Positions 27,151 to 40,146 are shown, numbered from the stretch's first letter. The stretch: DNA of 46,245 nt from Chiloscyllium plagiosum (GCF_004010195.1 NC_057711.1:75318722-75364966), one strand, 5' to 3'. The notes: generated by a model not told the origin, from the sequence alone. Numbers and translations are program-made.

Positions 27151-30100
27151 CCTAATTTTTCCATTTTGTGGTGTTTCACATAAACATGCAAAGTCCATGC
27201 ATTATGATCTGAAATGCCTTATCCCCGAGAACTGAACACTTCATGTTGTTTGAATATCTCAGAGCTTCATACTCTGTGTGCTTATTTACAACTTTCACAG
27301 TTGATGTCACTCCCATAGTTTTCTTTTCATGCAAATTCGAAGCATTAAAAACCTCATAGCAACAAATCCATTCAAGGTCACACTGATAAAATTGAAAGTC
27401 AACACAAAACTCTATAGGTGTCTGAGCAATATGAACTTTGGCAGGATGTGTTGCAAAATCAGAGGTCCTGGAAGGCCCGTCTCATTGGGATCATCTCAGT
27501 CCATTTGTAAAAAGCATAGCATTGTTGTGAGATTTCAATCGACAGTGATTATTGTTTGTTAAATATATTGTTAATGATTCACCTAATCTTATTAATATTC
27601 AGACTTACATATTACCAAACTCATTAAGCAAACTGGAAAGACTTGAGGGAAACCAGAGCAAGCACATGGCAGATTCAGCTTGTCACTTGTTCTGACTGAC
27701 TAACGCTAAGTTGGTTACAACCACAGGTCAGGGTATGATAGATACACTCTCACTCTCACACTCACACTCTCTTCCTCCCATGGACATCAGCATGTAGCAT
27801 CCAGTAACCCTTCATAACCCAGCATCTCTCTGATACACTGGCAGTGCAGATGCACTGGCAACTAGCATAGGCTGCAGCGGAGACAGTTTGCACACAAGCA
27901 CATGCACCTAGCTCAGAGTGGACTGGACTACATTCTAAGATGCTCACTTAATCTAAGTGTTTACTCAATTAGTGCCTACCTGCATGCTCATTGCCTCCCT
28001 CCCTTTCTGTGTCTTACCTTGCCAGTTAGTGTAGTCACATACCAGGTAGCCTGTTTCACTGCTCAGCAGTCCAGTGTAGAGAGAGCACAGCCAGTTGAAC
28101 AACTGTATGCCATGTCAACCTGACATCTTCTTCATGCCCAGCAGCTTTTGTAGCAAAATCCTGCATGAGCAGCCAACAGACACCATGTATCAAAGTCTTA
28201 GGGGATTAGCACTAAATGAAGGCCAAGTAGGTACCCATCAGTCATGGGATCCAATTACAGTAAACCAAGGGCTGTCTCTGAGATCAGTGTGGGGCATTGG
28301 CCACAGGAAGGTGGCATGGTAAAGGGATCTGTCGCTCTACATTCCAGGGAGTGGATCGCAGATTGCAGTCTGTCCTTTGCCTCAATATTGGCTCGTCCAG
28401 AGGGTAGAATTGAAGCAGTCAGGGAGATGTGTAAGCATCAGACAGGTGTCTTGGCACATCTTGCCTTCGACTGTCCAGTCATGACCATCATAGAGGTGAG
28501 GTGAGCCATGGTCACTTCACGAAAAGTTAATGGGAAAATGCGGCCATTGTCTCAGAACTGAGCCTCAGCCTGATAAGTTCTGGCATTGGGATGGTCAGGC
28601 TCTGGGGAAGGACATAGTTCAATTGTGAAGTGTGAGGGAAGGGTCAGAGGATTTGCAAGGGGTTTGGGGAAATATGGTAAAGCATGGCTGGGAAAGGTAG
28701 GTAAGGGGTGTTAACCACAGTCAGTGGCACCTTGGCTTCAAGGAATAGGGGGTTGTGTGTGAGCACACCAGATATGGTCACCTCATCTGCCAGATGATGG
28801 GAAAAGTAGAAAAGTGAAGGTGTATGTCGACAGATTGGGTGATTGTCAGGGAAATGGAGTCTATGGGATGGACTACTGAGAAGGGGATGTGGAAGTTCTG
28901 GGGGTCATGACAACATTCAAGAGGAGATTGAAAGTCACTGCCTGAGGAGCACTCTGCCTCCTTCCAGGGGAATGAAACAACTGTGAGCACACTCAGTGGA
29001 CAGGGTAAGTGAGTTGACCTGTGAGAGGAGGGGCTCCATCAGCCACTGAGAAATAGGACTTTTAAAAAGAATATTAGTCACAGGACCATGCAGTATAGGG
29101 GATATAGGCAAGCAGACTGACTACTCCTTGGCCAACCTACAGCATTGCCCTGTCTGTGTGTGGCAAAGTCACTGCTGGGCAACTCATTGACAGCTACATC
29201 TTTGTGAACGGAAGGAACTAAAGGTTCGGCATGTTGGACAAGAAGGGCCTAAGGTATTCATATGACCCAGTGCCATGTAAACACATTGTTTCCCATGCTT
29301 CTGGATGCTGCAGTATCACACCGATTTCCAACCACTGAACATCCTCTACGGCAATGAAGTGCTGCCAGAAAATGTGACAAGGAATTGATCTAACAATTGC
29401 ATTGATCTAATACTAAAAACATTGATACATAAACTGAGTAGCATACAAGCTATTGACAGTAGCTATGAAACTGTCACTGAGGTACCCAGCATCTTGTATA
29501 CTCACTCTCTGTGCCTAATGTTCACTTGGAGGGATCCGTCTCTGAGCTGCTGAAGGGTGCAGGCGGCAACCAAGAGCATGTTTCCAGAAGTGAATTATGC
29601 ATCACATGACCTGAGATCAGATAGAATTTGGGAACTTCTTTACCCTCCAGTCAGATGCCATGATACAGTGATATCATGCGCACACTTATTAAACGTACCT
29701 TTTCATTAACTGGTACCTATGGGATGTAGAATGTGTGCCAGATGACCAAAAATTCTAGATAATCAAGAGGTATGACTAACCGCAGTAAAGTCTGACTAAA
29801 CGAAGATTTGAGATATCAACATCCCTGAAAACATCTACATAAAAATATCAACATACCTCCTAAAATCAATTCAGAAATAGAAACTGAATGCAGGGGGCAT
29901 ATATATTACTGTTATTCTTTATTCACAGCATAAACACTGGAACATCACAGGAGATCGCTGTATTTGAGATGTGTACTTGTTGCCGGTTTATCAGGAGTGC
30001 CAGTTAAAACAACGTTTTTTGTATACTGACCAGGAAATGTAATGAAACAGGGAGCATGAAGATCATCGTGCATTCTTCAGCTTCCTCCATCAGGAGTTTC

Positions 30101-30499
30101 CCTTTCATGATTAAATCTAGTTCACAACAACTGACACTATGATAAGTTTGGATTGGCCCTATAAATTGCTCACACCTTGAATGTAATACTACTTTCCTAG
30201 GAACATGATTCTGACTAAGCACAAGTGAGATGAAAATTCTAGGAAAAGGGATTGGAAGATAAGGTTTATGTGCACTTTTGCTGATTGCCAGAAATAGCAG
30301 CAAGGAACTGGGCAGGTGCAAAAATGAGTGTGAATTCTGCACAATGGATTTGTACCTCCTTTACTGTGCCCTGCCAATTACTCTCCAAAATTGGCAGAAT
30401 ATTGTGGTGTATCCAGGCTGGAAGCTCTATTTAGGTGACTGTGTCAAGAAAGAGGCCATGCTGTTCACTATATTAATAACCTTGGTGTATTGCGAATTC

Positions 30500-30980
30500 G
30501 ATGCATAAAGCTTGCAAATGACATAAAATTGGAAGGAAAACTGGGCTCCTGTGAAGTCTGATTTCTTGAGTATTTACAGACATGACTACAAAGGAGAATA
30601 GCAAACCGCTATTAATATTGAAATATAAAAGAATGCATATCCTCATTAAAATAAGAAATATAATTTTTGTTCCAAAATATATAATTAAATAGAAGGTGGT
30701 AAGAAAAATATTTAAATTAGCTGCTGGGCCAAGCATTAGCAGTGCTACTGTACTTGACAGCAATTGCAGAAGCAAACAATGTATAATAGATCCCGAACAT
30801 CCAAATCAAAGTGGGTAACACTGTCACCAAAAAGGCATGATGAAGATACATTTGAAGTATTGTTTCCAGGTCTAGTTTGTGACTAGACAAGGAATTTGAA
30901 CTCAAAGGGTAACAGAGATGCTACAGGGTCTTAAATCAATCAAGCATAGAGAGAGGCTAAGAAAGCTGAAATGTTTTCAA
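30500..30980 (+). mobile_element. Very degraded CR1 RT fragment
   Basis: KLANDIKL (FADDTKL) at about 30507 and ERLRKL..FS at about 30950. Confidence 0.45.
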
Positions 30981-32679
30981 CAAAATAATTATTATGGATG
31001 CAAAATATAATCCTGGTGTGTAAAAGAGGTGAGAAAATTGGTTAAATGTTTTTAACTGAATAAGGAGTACACCATGGATAAAGCTTCATGTAAAGACTAG
31101 AGGAAGCAGAAACTGAGCTAAATGATTACCATGCAGTAATTTTTGGCTTGAAATTGCTCAAACTGACTCGAGCTAACATCACGGCAAAATTTACACCAAT
31201 CTTGTCATAGAAACTTCCTGGAAAAGTTTGAGATTCTCAATAGCACATGCCAGGATGTAAAGCAAAGCAACTTGAATGCAGTGCAAATAACTGTAAGTGA
31301 AAGGAAAACTCTAAATATATGCAACCTTCTTTAATTGCCTACCGATGTTATGAAAATTAAAATTTCAGCCATTAAATTATCTATGTGTATTCAAGACAGC
31401 ATGCTTTAAAAAGTGCAGATTTAGAAGATTTATGCTTTTTGAATTAATAGATTTTTGTCATAAAAAGTTGGAAGATTCAGAAAATATGATGCTATGAACA
31501 AAAATAGAAATAAAACATTAAGCAATTCTTTCGTGTAACACTGGAAGTAACTTTTTTTAGGTTTTGTTGTGCCTAAAACCTTGGACGTCCATGTATGCTT
31601 GATCAGAAATTAGGTTAGTGCAAGGATTTCTATGGTCCTTCGCACCAAAATAATTATTATGGATGCAAAATGTTGCAAGGTTTTGTTTCCTATCTGTAAA
31701 TTTTCTTGAATTTGTGGCCAAAACATTACACATTGTAATTAATGGCCTGTATTTTCTGGACACCAAAAAATGGTGTTCTGCTGTTTTTACTTTAGTTCCT
31801 TTTCAATGTAATGAATAGAAATGTTATCCGGACTCTGAGGTGTTACCCCCTATAATAAAGAAAATCTGCCTCATTTTTCGGCAGCATAGGTGCGTTGTGA
31901 ATCAAACATAAAATATGCTTATCATGCAAGGGCTCAAAAGAGATTTTATGTTTCAAGAGACAATGTTCAATTTCTCAGTCCTGTTGTCTTCTCTACACCA
32001 ATCAGAGCATACTTTAAATGAAATTGAAACCAGTTGTACACCATACTCAGAGCAGCTGACAGTTTCTTTTTGTTGTTTTGACACTCTGCTGCAGCTTTAA
32101 CTAAAGGGTTCGCCACTTTGGCGACACTTATGAGAAACATTATTTTGTTCTTACTGTAATTTTTGGAATTAGGATCTATAAAGTAAGCAAATAGTTGGCT
32201 TAAATTTCCCTTTCATTAAGAAATGCATCCAAATCCAAGTGAATCCAGGTATAACTCTCTCCTCCTCAGCTGTCAGAATACACAGGCATGCTGTTTATTT
32301 TGCATCCATCAGAATGACCAGCCAAAAATGAATATCACTGAATAACAAGTAAAAAATGGAACCAGAATCAGTGTGGTGAGATATCAAAACACTCCAATGT
32401 TTTACAAAATGCTTGTTATTTATTTTGATGCATAATGCCCACTGCTTTTCTCAACCGGTTAGCAGCTTGAAATACTAAGTGTCTCACACATGGAGCTTTA
32501 AATAGCTTCATTAAAAGTCAACAGACTTAATCCCTTCTTAAAGGACAGCTATAGACACAACTGGACAGGAGCAGTGAGAAACTGGCAATGTAATGCTGTT
32601 GCGATTTTCTTTTTGGAGAAGACTTGTACCTCCGGTTGATCAGTATGTAAGTTTGCTCGCTGCGCTGCAAGGTTTGATT

Positions 32680-32719
32680 TTAGACATTTCATCACCATAC
32701 TAGGTAACATCATCAGTGA
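32680..32719 (-). ncRNA. Hammerhead ribozyme motif (PLE left arm)
   Basis: Minus strand reads tca-CTGATGA-t-gttacc/tagtat/ggtgat-GAAA-t-GTC-ta. Confidence 0.65.
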
Positions 32720-33445
32720 GAGTCTCTGGTGAAGTGCTGGTGGTATGTTCTGCCTCTCTATTTGTAGGTCTTGTTTTAAAGGTGGGTAATGTTATTTCTG
32801 TTTTTATTTTAAAGGGATGGTTGATGGAATTTAAATCGGTGTTTATTAATGAAGCTCTGGTTAGAATGCCATGCCTCTAAGAATTCTTGTGCGTGTCTTC
32901 ATTTCGCCTGTCCTAGGATGTGTGTTGTCCCAATGAGAGTGGTGTCCTCCTTTGTCTGTATGTATGGAAACTAAATGGCATCATAGTCCACAAACCTACC
33001 AACACATTTCAACAGCGACTAATGAACCTAAAGGATCCATTAAATATACCAGCAAAACTAACATCATTTACAAGATATCACACAAGAACTGTTTTAAAAA
33101 AATACTACGTCAGACAAACCAGCAGGAAACTTGCCACCAGGATTCGTGAACACCAATGACCCACCAAATGTCATGACCCACAATCACTGGTTTCCATACA
33201 TACAGACAAAGAAGGACACCACTTTGACCAGGACAACACACATATCCTAGGATAGGCGAAATAAAGACATGCACAAGAATTAGAGGCATGACATTCTAAC
33301 CAGAGCTCCATCAATAAACACATTGATTTAGATCCCATCGACCATCCCTTTTTTTTAAAAAAAGGAAATGATAACACCCACCTTACAAAACCGAGACCTA
33401 TAAATAGAGAGGTGAAACATACCACCAGTGCTTCACTGGAGACTC

Positions 33446-33483
33446 TCACTGATGATGTTACCTCATACGGTGACACAGTCTGA
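33446..33483 (+). ncRNA. Hammerhead ribozyme motif, GAAA box damaged (PLE right arm)
   Basis: tca-CTGATGA-t-gttacc/tcatac/ggtgac-aca-GTC-tga. Stem I is tca/tga. Confidence 0.5.
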
Positions 33484-34869
33484 AAACAGACCTTCCAGCT
33501 CAGTGAGCTAGCTTGCATACTTGTGTAATGCTGTACTTAAAACATTTCCCATGTTCTTTGCCACTCCAGTGTATACTTTCATGGTGAACACCAGAACCAT
33601 GTTTGCAAGCATGCTTATTTTCCAGATGGATCATATGATTCCCCTTAAATTGTTAATTATTAATTTAGATTATTAAAATAAATATTTTCACTCTGGTGAA
33701 CAACCCATAGATTGGGCTCAGAACATTAGAACTGGACCTTTTTAATTGCCAGTCTAACATTAGTTAATAACTGTTGGTATAAAATCTGACACAACATTAA
33801 AGCTAACCAAGTAAATGAATTTTATGTCAATGTGCAATATAGGTGTCACAAAAGTCTGAGTTAATAACGAAGTCACACCTTGTGTATATTCACATGCTGC
33901 TCCAGTCACCTAAAAATCTATCAATTGGCTGCCATTCTGATCTATAAAGAGAATTAATGTACGTACTTTTCGGCCTGTACTGATGTCACTGTGAGTCCAG
34001 CCGTTAGAACATACAGCCCACAGTAAGTAACACATTAGCTTCCCTACATTCCCTGAGGGAGAGTATCTGGTCCCCTATCTTCCTCCCTACAATGATATAT
34101 ATGTAATATCTGTTGAAAAATTAGCAGAAACATTGAATCTGAAATGCTTTTTTGTGATAGTTCTGCATAATGGGATAGAGCGCAGTATTATTCCAAATGC
34201 TTACTCTTATTTATTCAGAAAAGTTATCTGTCAGTAAATAATTGGTACATTCTACAGTTTATTCAGTACAGCTGTTATTATTATATCCTAATTATTCTAA
34301 TAAACCTTTTTTTGACATCTGGAGCTGGTGGGACTTGAACCCTGGTAGTTTCCATTCTCCTAAACCAGAAAGCCAATGTGTCACGAGCCTATTATAAGAT
34401 TGCAGAACCTTAATGTAACTTATTAAATATATAGTTATAATCTTCTATGTAGACAATAGTAGACAATGGACATGATCAACCATGCATCATATATTTTTGC
34501 CTAATTTATGTTTCTGCTGACTTCAATAGAAGGCAAAATCTGAGTGAATTTATATCAGATGGCTGATCCTATGTTGTTTATTATAATATCTAAAATGTTA
34601 AAAGGACCCTCATGCTCCTTGACCATTCAGTGCCTCATTCCTGTGTATTTTGTTTAGACAAAATTTCTAAGGGGTTAATTAGTGTACTGTTAGAGTACAT
34701 CAGTAATGTCAGGACACCATGCTTTCTCACTCTCTTCAATTGAAGACATGCAGAGCCCAGTCCTGATGTAAAAAGATGGTGACAGCGGTCTGCACCTTAA
34801 GCATCTCTGTCTGTGCTGAGTAAGGTGAACGAGGTAGCTGAACAGCAATTTGCTCAGCAAGGCTGTAAA

Positions 34870-35495
34870 CAGCAAATGGAGTGACGAATTGTCACTGGAG
34901 TTCCACAAAAAGCTGAAAATAAGAGTCTGGAGGAAAAAGCTCACCATTTCTCTAGGCTGGCCCAGATGGAGGGCCTCAATCAGGCTGTTCACAGAATCAA
35001 ATAGTGTTGCCATTACAACCATGACTGCTCCACCTCATGGTGAACCCAGTAAAGGGATAAGCTCAAGAGACTCCTGGGACAATCCATAGCAGAGCCGAAG
35101 ATGTTTTAATATGGCAGAAAGCTGTTGAGGAAACCATTGGATGTGCAAGAGTCCTTTGTGCTTTTGATTACTACCTTTAGCTTGAAACATGATACAGGTT
35201 GGGAACAGGATCACCCAAAATCTGCAGCAAGTATTTGTTCCTTTCAAAAGAATCACCATTGGTGCTAGAGCATGTTGTCTGTACCTAAAGCTAACAGTCT
35301 TTGCATAGTTATAGTGATCTAACTCAACTGGGCAAGGCAGTCAAAAAAGAAATTCATCCATGGCATCGATTGATGAGAGTTTGGCAAAGCTTAATGGAAG
35401 CTCAGTATTCAGAAAATTAAATGCCAGCTTCCATTGGATGAAGAGTTGGGCCCAGTAATTATGTTTATCATTCCTTTTTTTTGGAAGAACATGAG
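34870..35495 (+). mobile_element. Gypsy LTR-retrotransposon relic (gag trace and RT N-terminus)
   Basis: 35260-35490 reads WC*SMLSVPKAN..DLTQLGKAVKKEIHP.ASIDESLAKLNGSSVFRKLNA..QLPLDEE..FIIPFFGR, a Ty3/Gypsy RT. The upstream gag assignment is weak. Confidence 0.8.
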
Positions 35496-35783
35496 TAGAA
35501 CATTGTTTTTTTTTGGGGGGAGCACTTATTGCCTCAGTGGCATGCAAGCTTTCTCATCGTATCTTAATTCGCTCCTCCTTTAACTACCTACACCACCCTT
35601 CGGCATCCCTCATGTACAATTCTAGCCCTGTCTTACCAGACAGAATTGCCTGAACCACTCACCACTCACCAGATATCCTGGAACTACTTACCATTTATTT
35701 GCACTTGCCATCTTTAAAAGCCCTTTGCACCTGAGTAAACATGGTCAGTCTAGAACTGTCCTGCATGAATATTTGCCCCTGAC

Positions 35784-36352
35784 ATGAGAGAGAGAGAAGG
35801 GGAAATTGGCACCCTGTTTTACAGACAGGGACCTGGGGTGGTGCAGAGGCAGGATTTTCTCCTCTTCCACGACCTGTAGTGGAGGCCCTGACACCAGACC
35901 ATGCCAGGCTGATCTGAAATTGCCACCTGGGTTAGAGTAGACTCAGCTGTCTGGGGGAATACTCAGCTCTGTAGGAAGATGAATGTTCTTCTCACTTCAG
36001 TATACGTGCCATCACCTTCTCTCCAATTACCTTGTACTCTATCTCTGGTACTATACCCACATCCCACCAAGGGTTATTCTCAACCACTTTCTCTATTGCC
36101 AGCAACATCTTCCCTCCTCACTGTGACTCATCCCAACTCCTGACACCATTAACCCTGCATTCCCTCTGAGCTGCCTACTCACGTGGTCAGGAAACATCAC
36201 CTCCAACAGTAACAGCTGTGCTACCCCTTTCAGCTCCATTAATACCTGCCTCTCTCAAATTCACAGAGGAAAATGGCTTACTATAGGGCAGTAAGCATCA
36301 AGGCAGGTGCCTGACATTTGGCTTCTCACCTGTTGTGTGGAAAGCACCCTGA
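35784..36352 (+). pseudogene. Second degenerate Harbinger Myb/SANT-like gene (exons 1-2)
   Basis: EKGKLAPCFTDRDL..GVVQRQDFLLFHDL*WRP*HQTMPG*SEIATWVRVDSAVWGNTQLCRKMNVLL (about 35795-35995). An acceptor ttcacag at 36266 is followed by RKMAYYRA..VPDIWLLT. It aligns by eye with the copy at 1196-1415. Confidence 0.75.
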
Positions 36353-37129
36353 CTATGACCACCCTAAGTGACTGACTTCATCCGTTTCTCCTGGACTGCT
36401 ATCAGAGGCTATCCTTGACTTAGAAAATAAGAATTAGGAACAAGAGTAGACCATTTGGGCCTTACTCTGCCAGGACGCCGTTAATGAAGATGATCTCTCT
36501 TGACTTCAGCGAGGCCTGCTGACAATTATTTCAAACTTCCTGTTTTGTGTCTGCACTAAACAACATAGCAAGGCAGAATGAATCTAGTATCACTGGCTGA
36601 GGGGGCATTGTACACAAAGGCAAGGCAGGGATGCTGTGAACATCCATAACCGAGTAAGTCAATGATATGACAGCAAGTGAAGAGCCTGGACTTGTAGCCT
36701 GGTGGAGTCCATGAGTTGGGTCAAGTCCCTGAGCACACACTGACCTTGAAGCAGCATTGCAATAGTTTCAAGTGCAGCATTGAAGTGCAGAAGCACAGTG
36801 TAAGTGGTTTTGGAATATGCTTTGAGGGTTGTTACAGGCTGGCACATGTCAAATGCCACTTTCTATGGATGTGGGGTGCATTTGGTCAGTGCCCACAAAG
36901 TTTGCCCTATGATGTTGGTGCCTGGTGCCCAATATGGAGGTGTTTTGGACCTAAAGGCACCAGGCATCCACTTTTGGTTTCCATGTCAAAATTTCTTGAT
37001 GTCGAGCTTGTTTATTAAGTTAGATGAATAAGGTGTTTAACAAGTTATAAACTCCCTTTATTCCCCGTTGCCCAGTGAGAAATTCACCACATCACTCAAA
37101 TATATAAAAGATGGCACAAGATTGCTCTG

Positions 37130-37700
37130 ACATTGACTTAGACCCCAGACTCCTCCTGAAATTCTGCAACAAACCATGGGATAGCCCATACTACTGAGAC
37201 CCCTATAAGATTTTGCCTATTATTTTCATCATCTCCTGATTCCAAAATCTCCCAAAGCACTATGATAGATGTCTTTCAGGACCTTGAGGGTATCATCTGT
37301 CATGGATGACATTCACATCCTTGCCTCCAGAACAGAACATGAAACCAGAAAATGGACATTACTGCAGTATGTGCTGCCTGGCTCTTGTCAGTTTTCCAAA
37401 TCTGCCAACAACATCCTGCTCTATAGTCCCAATGCCTTGGAAGACATCTCTAGCCCCCACAACCCCATCTTAACAGTTGTTATTTTCAGAGTTTTCACCA
37501 CACGTAGTTTTTTGGATACAGTCATTTCAGATAGTGGCCCTCAGCTAATTGTTGACTGCTTCAGAACTTCATTGTTTTATTCAAGTTCATAAATGTCACC
37601 AGCTCATCTACACGCAGTGAGGTAGAATGCATGTGTGCATACAGACCTGGCTCTTCTAAAGAGAAACCATGATATTGACCTGGCCATGTTTAGTTAACTG
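37130..37700 (+). mobile_element. Gypsy integrase relic (continuation of 34870-35495)
   Basis: FRVFTTRSFLDTVISDSGPQL..CFR resembles the integrase core IFA.HG.P..(V)ISDNGPQF. It is followed by NVTSS. The orientation matches the RT piece. Confidence 0.7.
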
Positions 37701-38164
37701 TCCACACCTTTTATACAACACTTTTTGACTTCTTTGGACTGCCTAATCGATAGATTATATACTTGTCATACAAATCCCCTCATTTGACCAGGTATCACAG
37801 AAACTGTGTTGTTTAACGTCCAGAAGAGGAGGATCCCCATCATTAAAATCAGCTTGTCACCTTCAATCTAAGCTGTAGGGACTGCCAGTACTCCATCCTG
37901 AGGAGTCTGCCTGAATCATGCACCAGAACAGACCTGTTTGAGTTTGACATAGAAATGCTGCCTAAATGAAAGGGAAAATGCCCCATCCATTTCAGTGGAC
38001 TGATCACATCTTCCGCCACACCGGGCTTTGGTTCCTATCCTTCCAAAAAGCAATGAGGCTGTGGTCAGGCAGAGTAATTAAGCCACAACAACATCTTTCC
38101 CTCTGATTTGGAAGGCTTGACATAGACTTTGGAGAGTGGGGGAGGGGCATAGGATAAAAATATA

Positions 38165-38293
38165 GGAGAAAGTGAGGACTGCAGATGCTGGAGATTAGAA
38201 TAGACAGTGTGGTGCTGGAAAAGCACAGCAGATCAGGCAGCATCCGAGGAACAGGAGAGTCGATGTTTCGGGCAAAAGCCCTTCAGGAATAAT
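38165..38293 (-). mobile_element. Solo PLE pLTR fragment with 15-bp TSD
   Basis: Reverse complement of the 13241-13368 pLTR. taggataaaaatata occurs at 38150-38164 and 38294-38308. The hammerhead core has a 3-nt deletion. Confidence 0.9.
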
Positions 38294-39052
38294 TAGGATA
38301 AAAATATAAATAGTTTATGGACAGACAGACAAACTTGAGTAGAGATACAGGACTAGCAGTCATAATAATTGTTAGAATGCATCATCAGTGGTGGTTGAAG
38401 ATGTAAGATCACATGTAGTTGAAAACAGCAAGGTTCTGACAAGGTCTTGCAACAGTCTACCTTGTACATTGTATAAGTAGCCAATAAATGTTTGTTCATT
38501 TATAATGACCTAGTTTCCAGCTATGACTTAATTCTCCATTCTTGCAGCAGTGGAAGATACCAGTTGTACAATGCACCCAAAAAGCTGATTGAGCTTGTTT
38601 CTTTCAAGCAGGTGCAGATAGCAGCTTAAATTCCCTCCTAGAAAGGGAAAAAAGTGAATATTAAGATTCTCCATCCATCATTGTTCTATAGTGACTAAGA
38701 TGGTGAAATCTCAGTCTGATACGAATGCTACCAAAAGGGAGACTATAGAGAACTTCCATCTGAAATGCCCTTCAAAGGAACTGAACACAGTGGAGATTGT
38801 GTTGAAGGAATCAATGTATTGAGGATGGGGGGATATGATAATGTAAATTTATGGGAAGAATCAATGACTTAGGGAGAGGAGGGTTAATAAATATTATGCA
38901 GTGTCAAATGATGTCAGATCATGTGGTTGAAGCATGAGTCCTCCAGAAGTCTACGTTGTTTTCGATATTCTTCTATTGAAAACATGCAGATACCTGTTAT
39001 GATATCAATGCAGGCTCCTCTAGGAACCAAGCATACTGTAAGACAGAACGAG

Positions 39053-39206
39053 GTTAAAAATCACAACATCGGGTTATAATCCAGCAGGTTTATTTGGAAG
39101 CACTAGCTTTTGAGGCACTGCCAAATAAACCTGTTGGATTATAACCTGGTGTTGTGCAATTTTTAACTTTGCCCATTCCAGTCCAACACAGGCACCTTCA
39201 AATCAT
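39053..39206 (+). mobile_element. Short Penelope-like insertion with inverted pLTR
   Basis: 39053-39097 is the reverse complement of 39121-39167, followed by an unpaired 39-nt tail. Same family as 22083-22204. Confidence 0.8.
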
Positions 39207-39624
39207 AATGTAGAACAGTAGTGTGGACAATCTCTCTTGAAGCTGAATGCATTTTTAAAATTTATCTAAAGTATCACTTATTGCCCATTTCTATTTGCCC
39301 CTGGGGAAAGTGGTGGTGAGCTGCCTTTCTGAATTGTTACATTCACTCTGATGTGGATATCCCCACAGTGCTTTTAATAAGAGCTCCACGATTGTGAACC
39401 AGCAACTTTGAAAGGACAGTAATGTATTTCCAAGTTAGGATATTGAATGGTCGGAATGAGAACTTTCAGTGACCTTTTGTTCTTCTAGCTATAGACATGG
39501 CAGATTTGGAAGTTTCTATCTAAGAAGCATTGGTGAGTTTCTGCTGTATATCTTACAGATTAGTACACAGTGCTGCCACTACACATTGGAGGTGAACATG
39601 CTGAGCGTTTAAGCTGACAGCATT

Positions 39625-39728
39625 GTCGATTCTCCTGCTCCTCGGATGCTGCCTGAGCTGCTGTGCTTTTCCAGCACCACACTCCCAACTCTGATCTCCT
39701 CCAGCATATGCAGTCCTCACTTTCTCCC
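39625..39728 (+). mobile_element. PLE pLTR 3' fragment
   Basis: gtcgattctcctgctcctcggatgctgcctg..ttttccagcaccacactc..gcagtcctcactttctcc is homologous to 13270-13368. Confidence 0.9.
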
Positions 39729-40146
39729 AGTGTTGTTCAAGCTACCTGCTTTGTCCTGGATGGTATTGAGTTTCAATTTCACTTATTCAGCGATCTGGAG
39801 AATATTGCATTATAGTTCCAGTGTGGGTTGTAGACAGTAGAGAGACTTTGGGGAGTCAGTTACTCATCTCAGAATTCATAGCCTCTCACCTACATTTGTA
39901 GCCACTATTTATATGGCTGGTCAATAGCAGCAGCAGATATTGGTGGGAGATTTAGAAATCGTTGTTTGACTGTCATAGCCAATGGTTAAAGTCTCTTTTG
40001 TTGGAGAAGGTCAGTTTTGATTGAATGCTACTCTCCACCTATCATTCTAAGCCTGAATTTTGTCTAGGTCTTTGTGCATATAGGCACGAGATGCTTCAGG
40101 ATCTGAAGTTGTGAACAGAATTGAAAACCCTATGAATATCATTTGT

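Larger units (their letters stand above)
32600..33523. mobile_element. Penelope-like element in inverted arrangement, with GIY-YIG endonuclease remnant and 11-bp TSD
   Basis: The plus strand gives HKPTNTFQQRLMNLKDP..TNIIYKI..KYYVRQTSRKLATRIREHQ..HTDKEGHHFD..LEA*HS..SINKHIDLDPI. 32643-32971 is the reverse complement of 33190-33520. tgtaatgctgt occurs at 32589-32599 and 33524-33534. Confidence 0.93.

Noticed and set aside
29502..29610. Minus-strand exon-like segment (tctcag acceptor, gtgagt donor)
   Set aside because: There are stops in all three frames from the acceptor and no recognisable peptide. It cannot be supported without RNA data.
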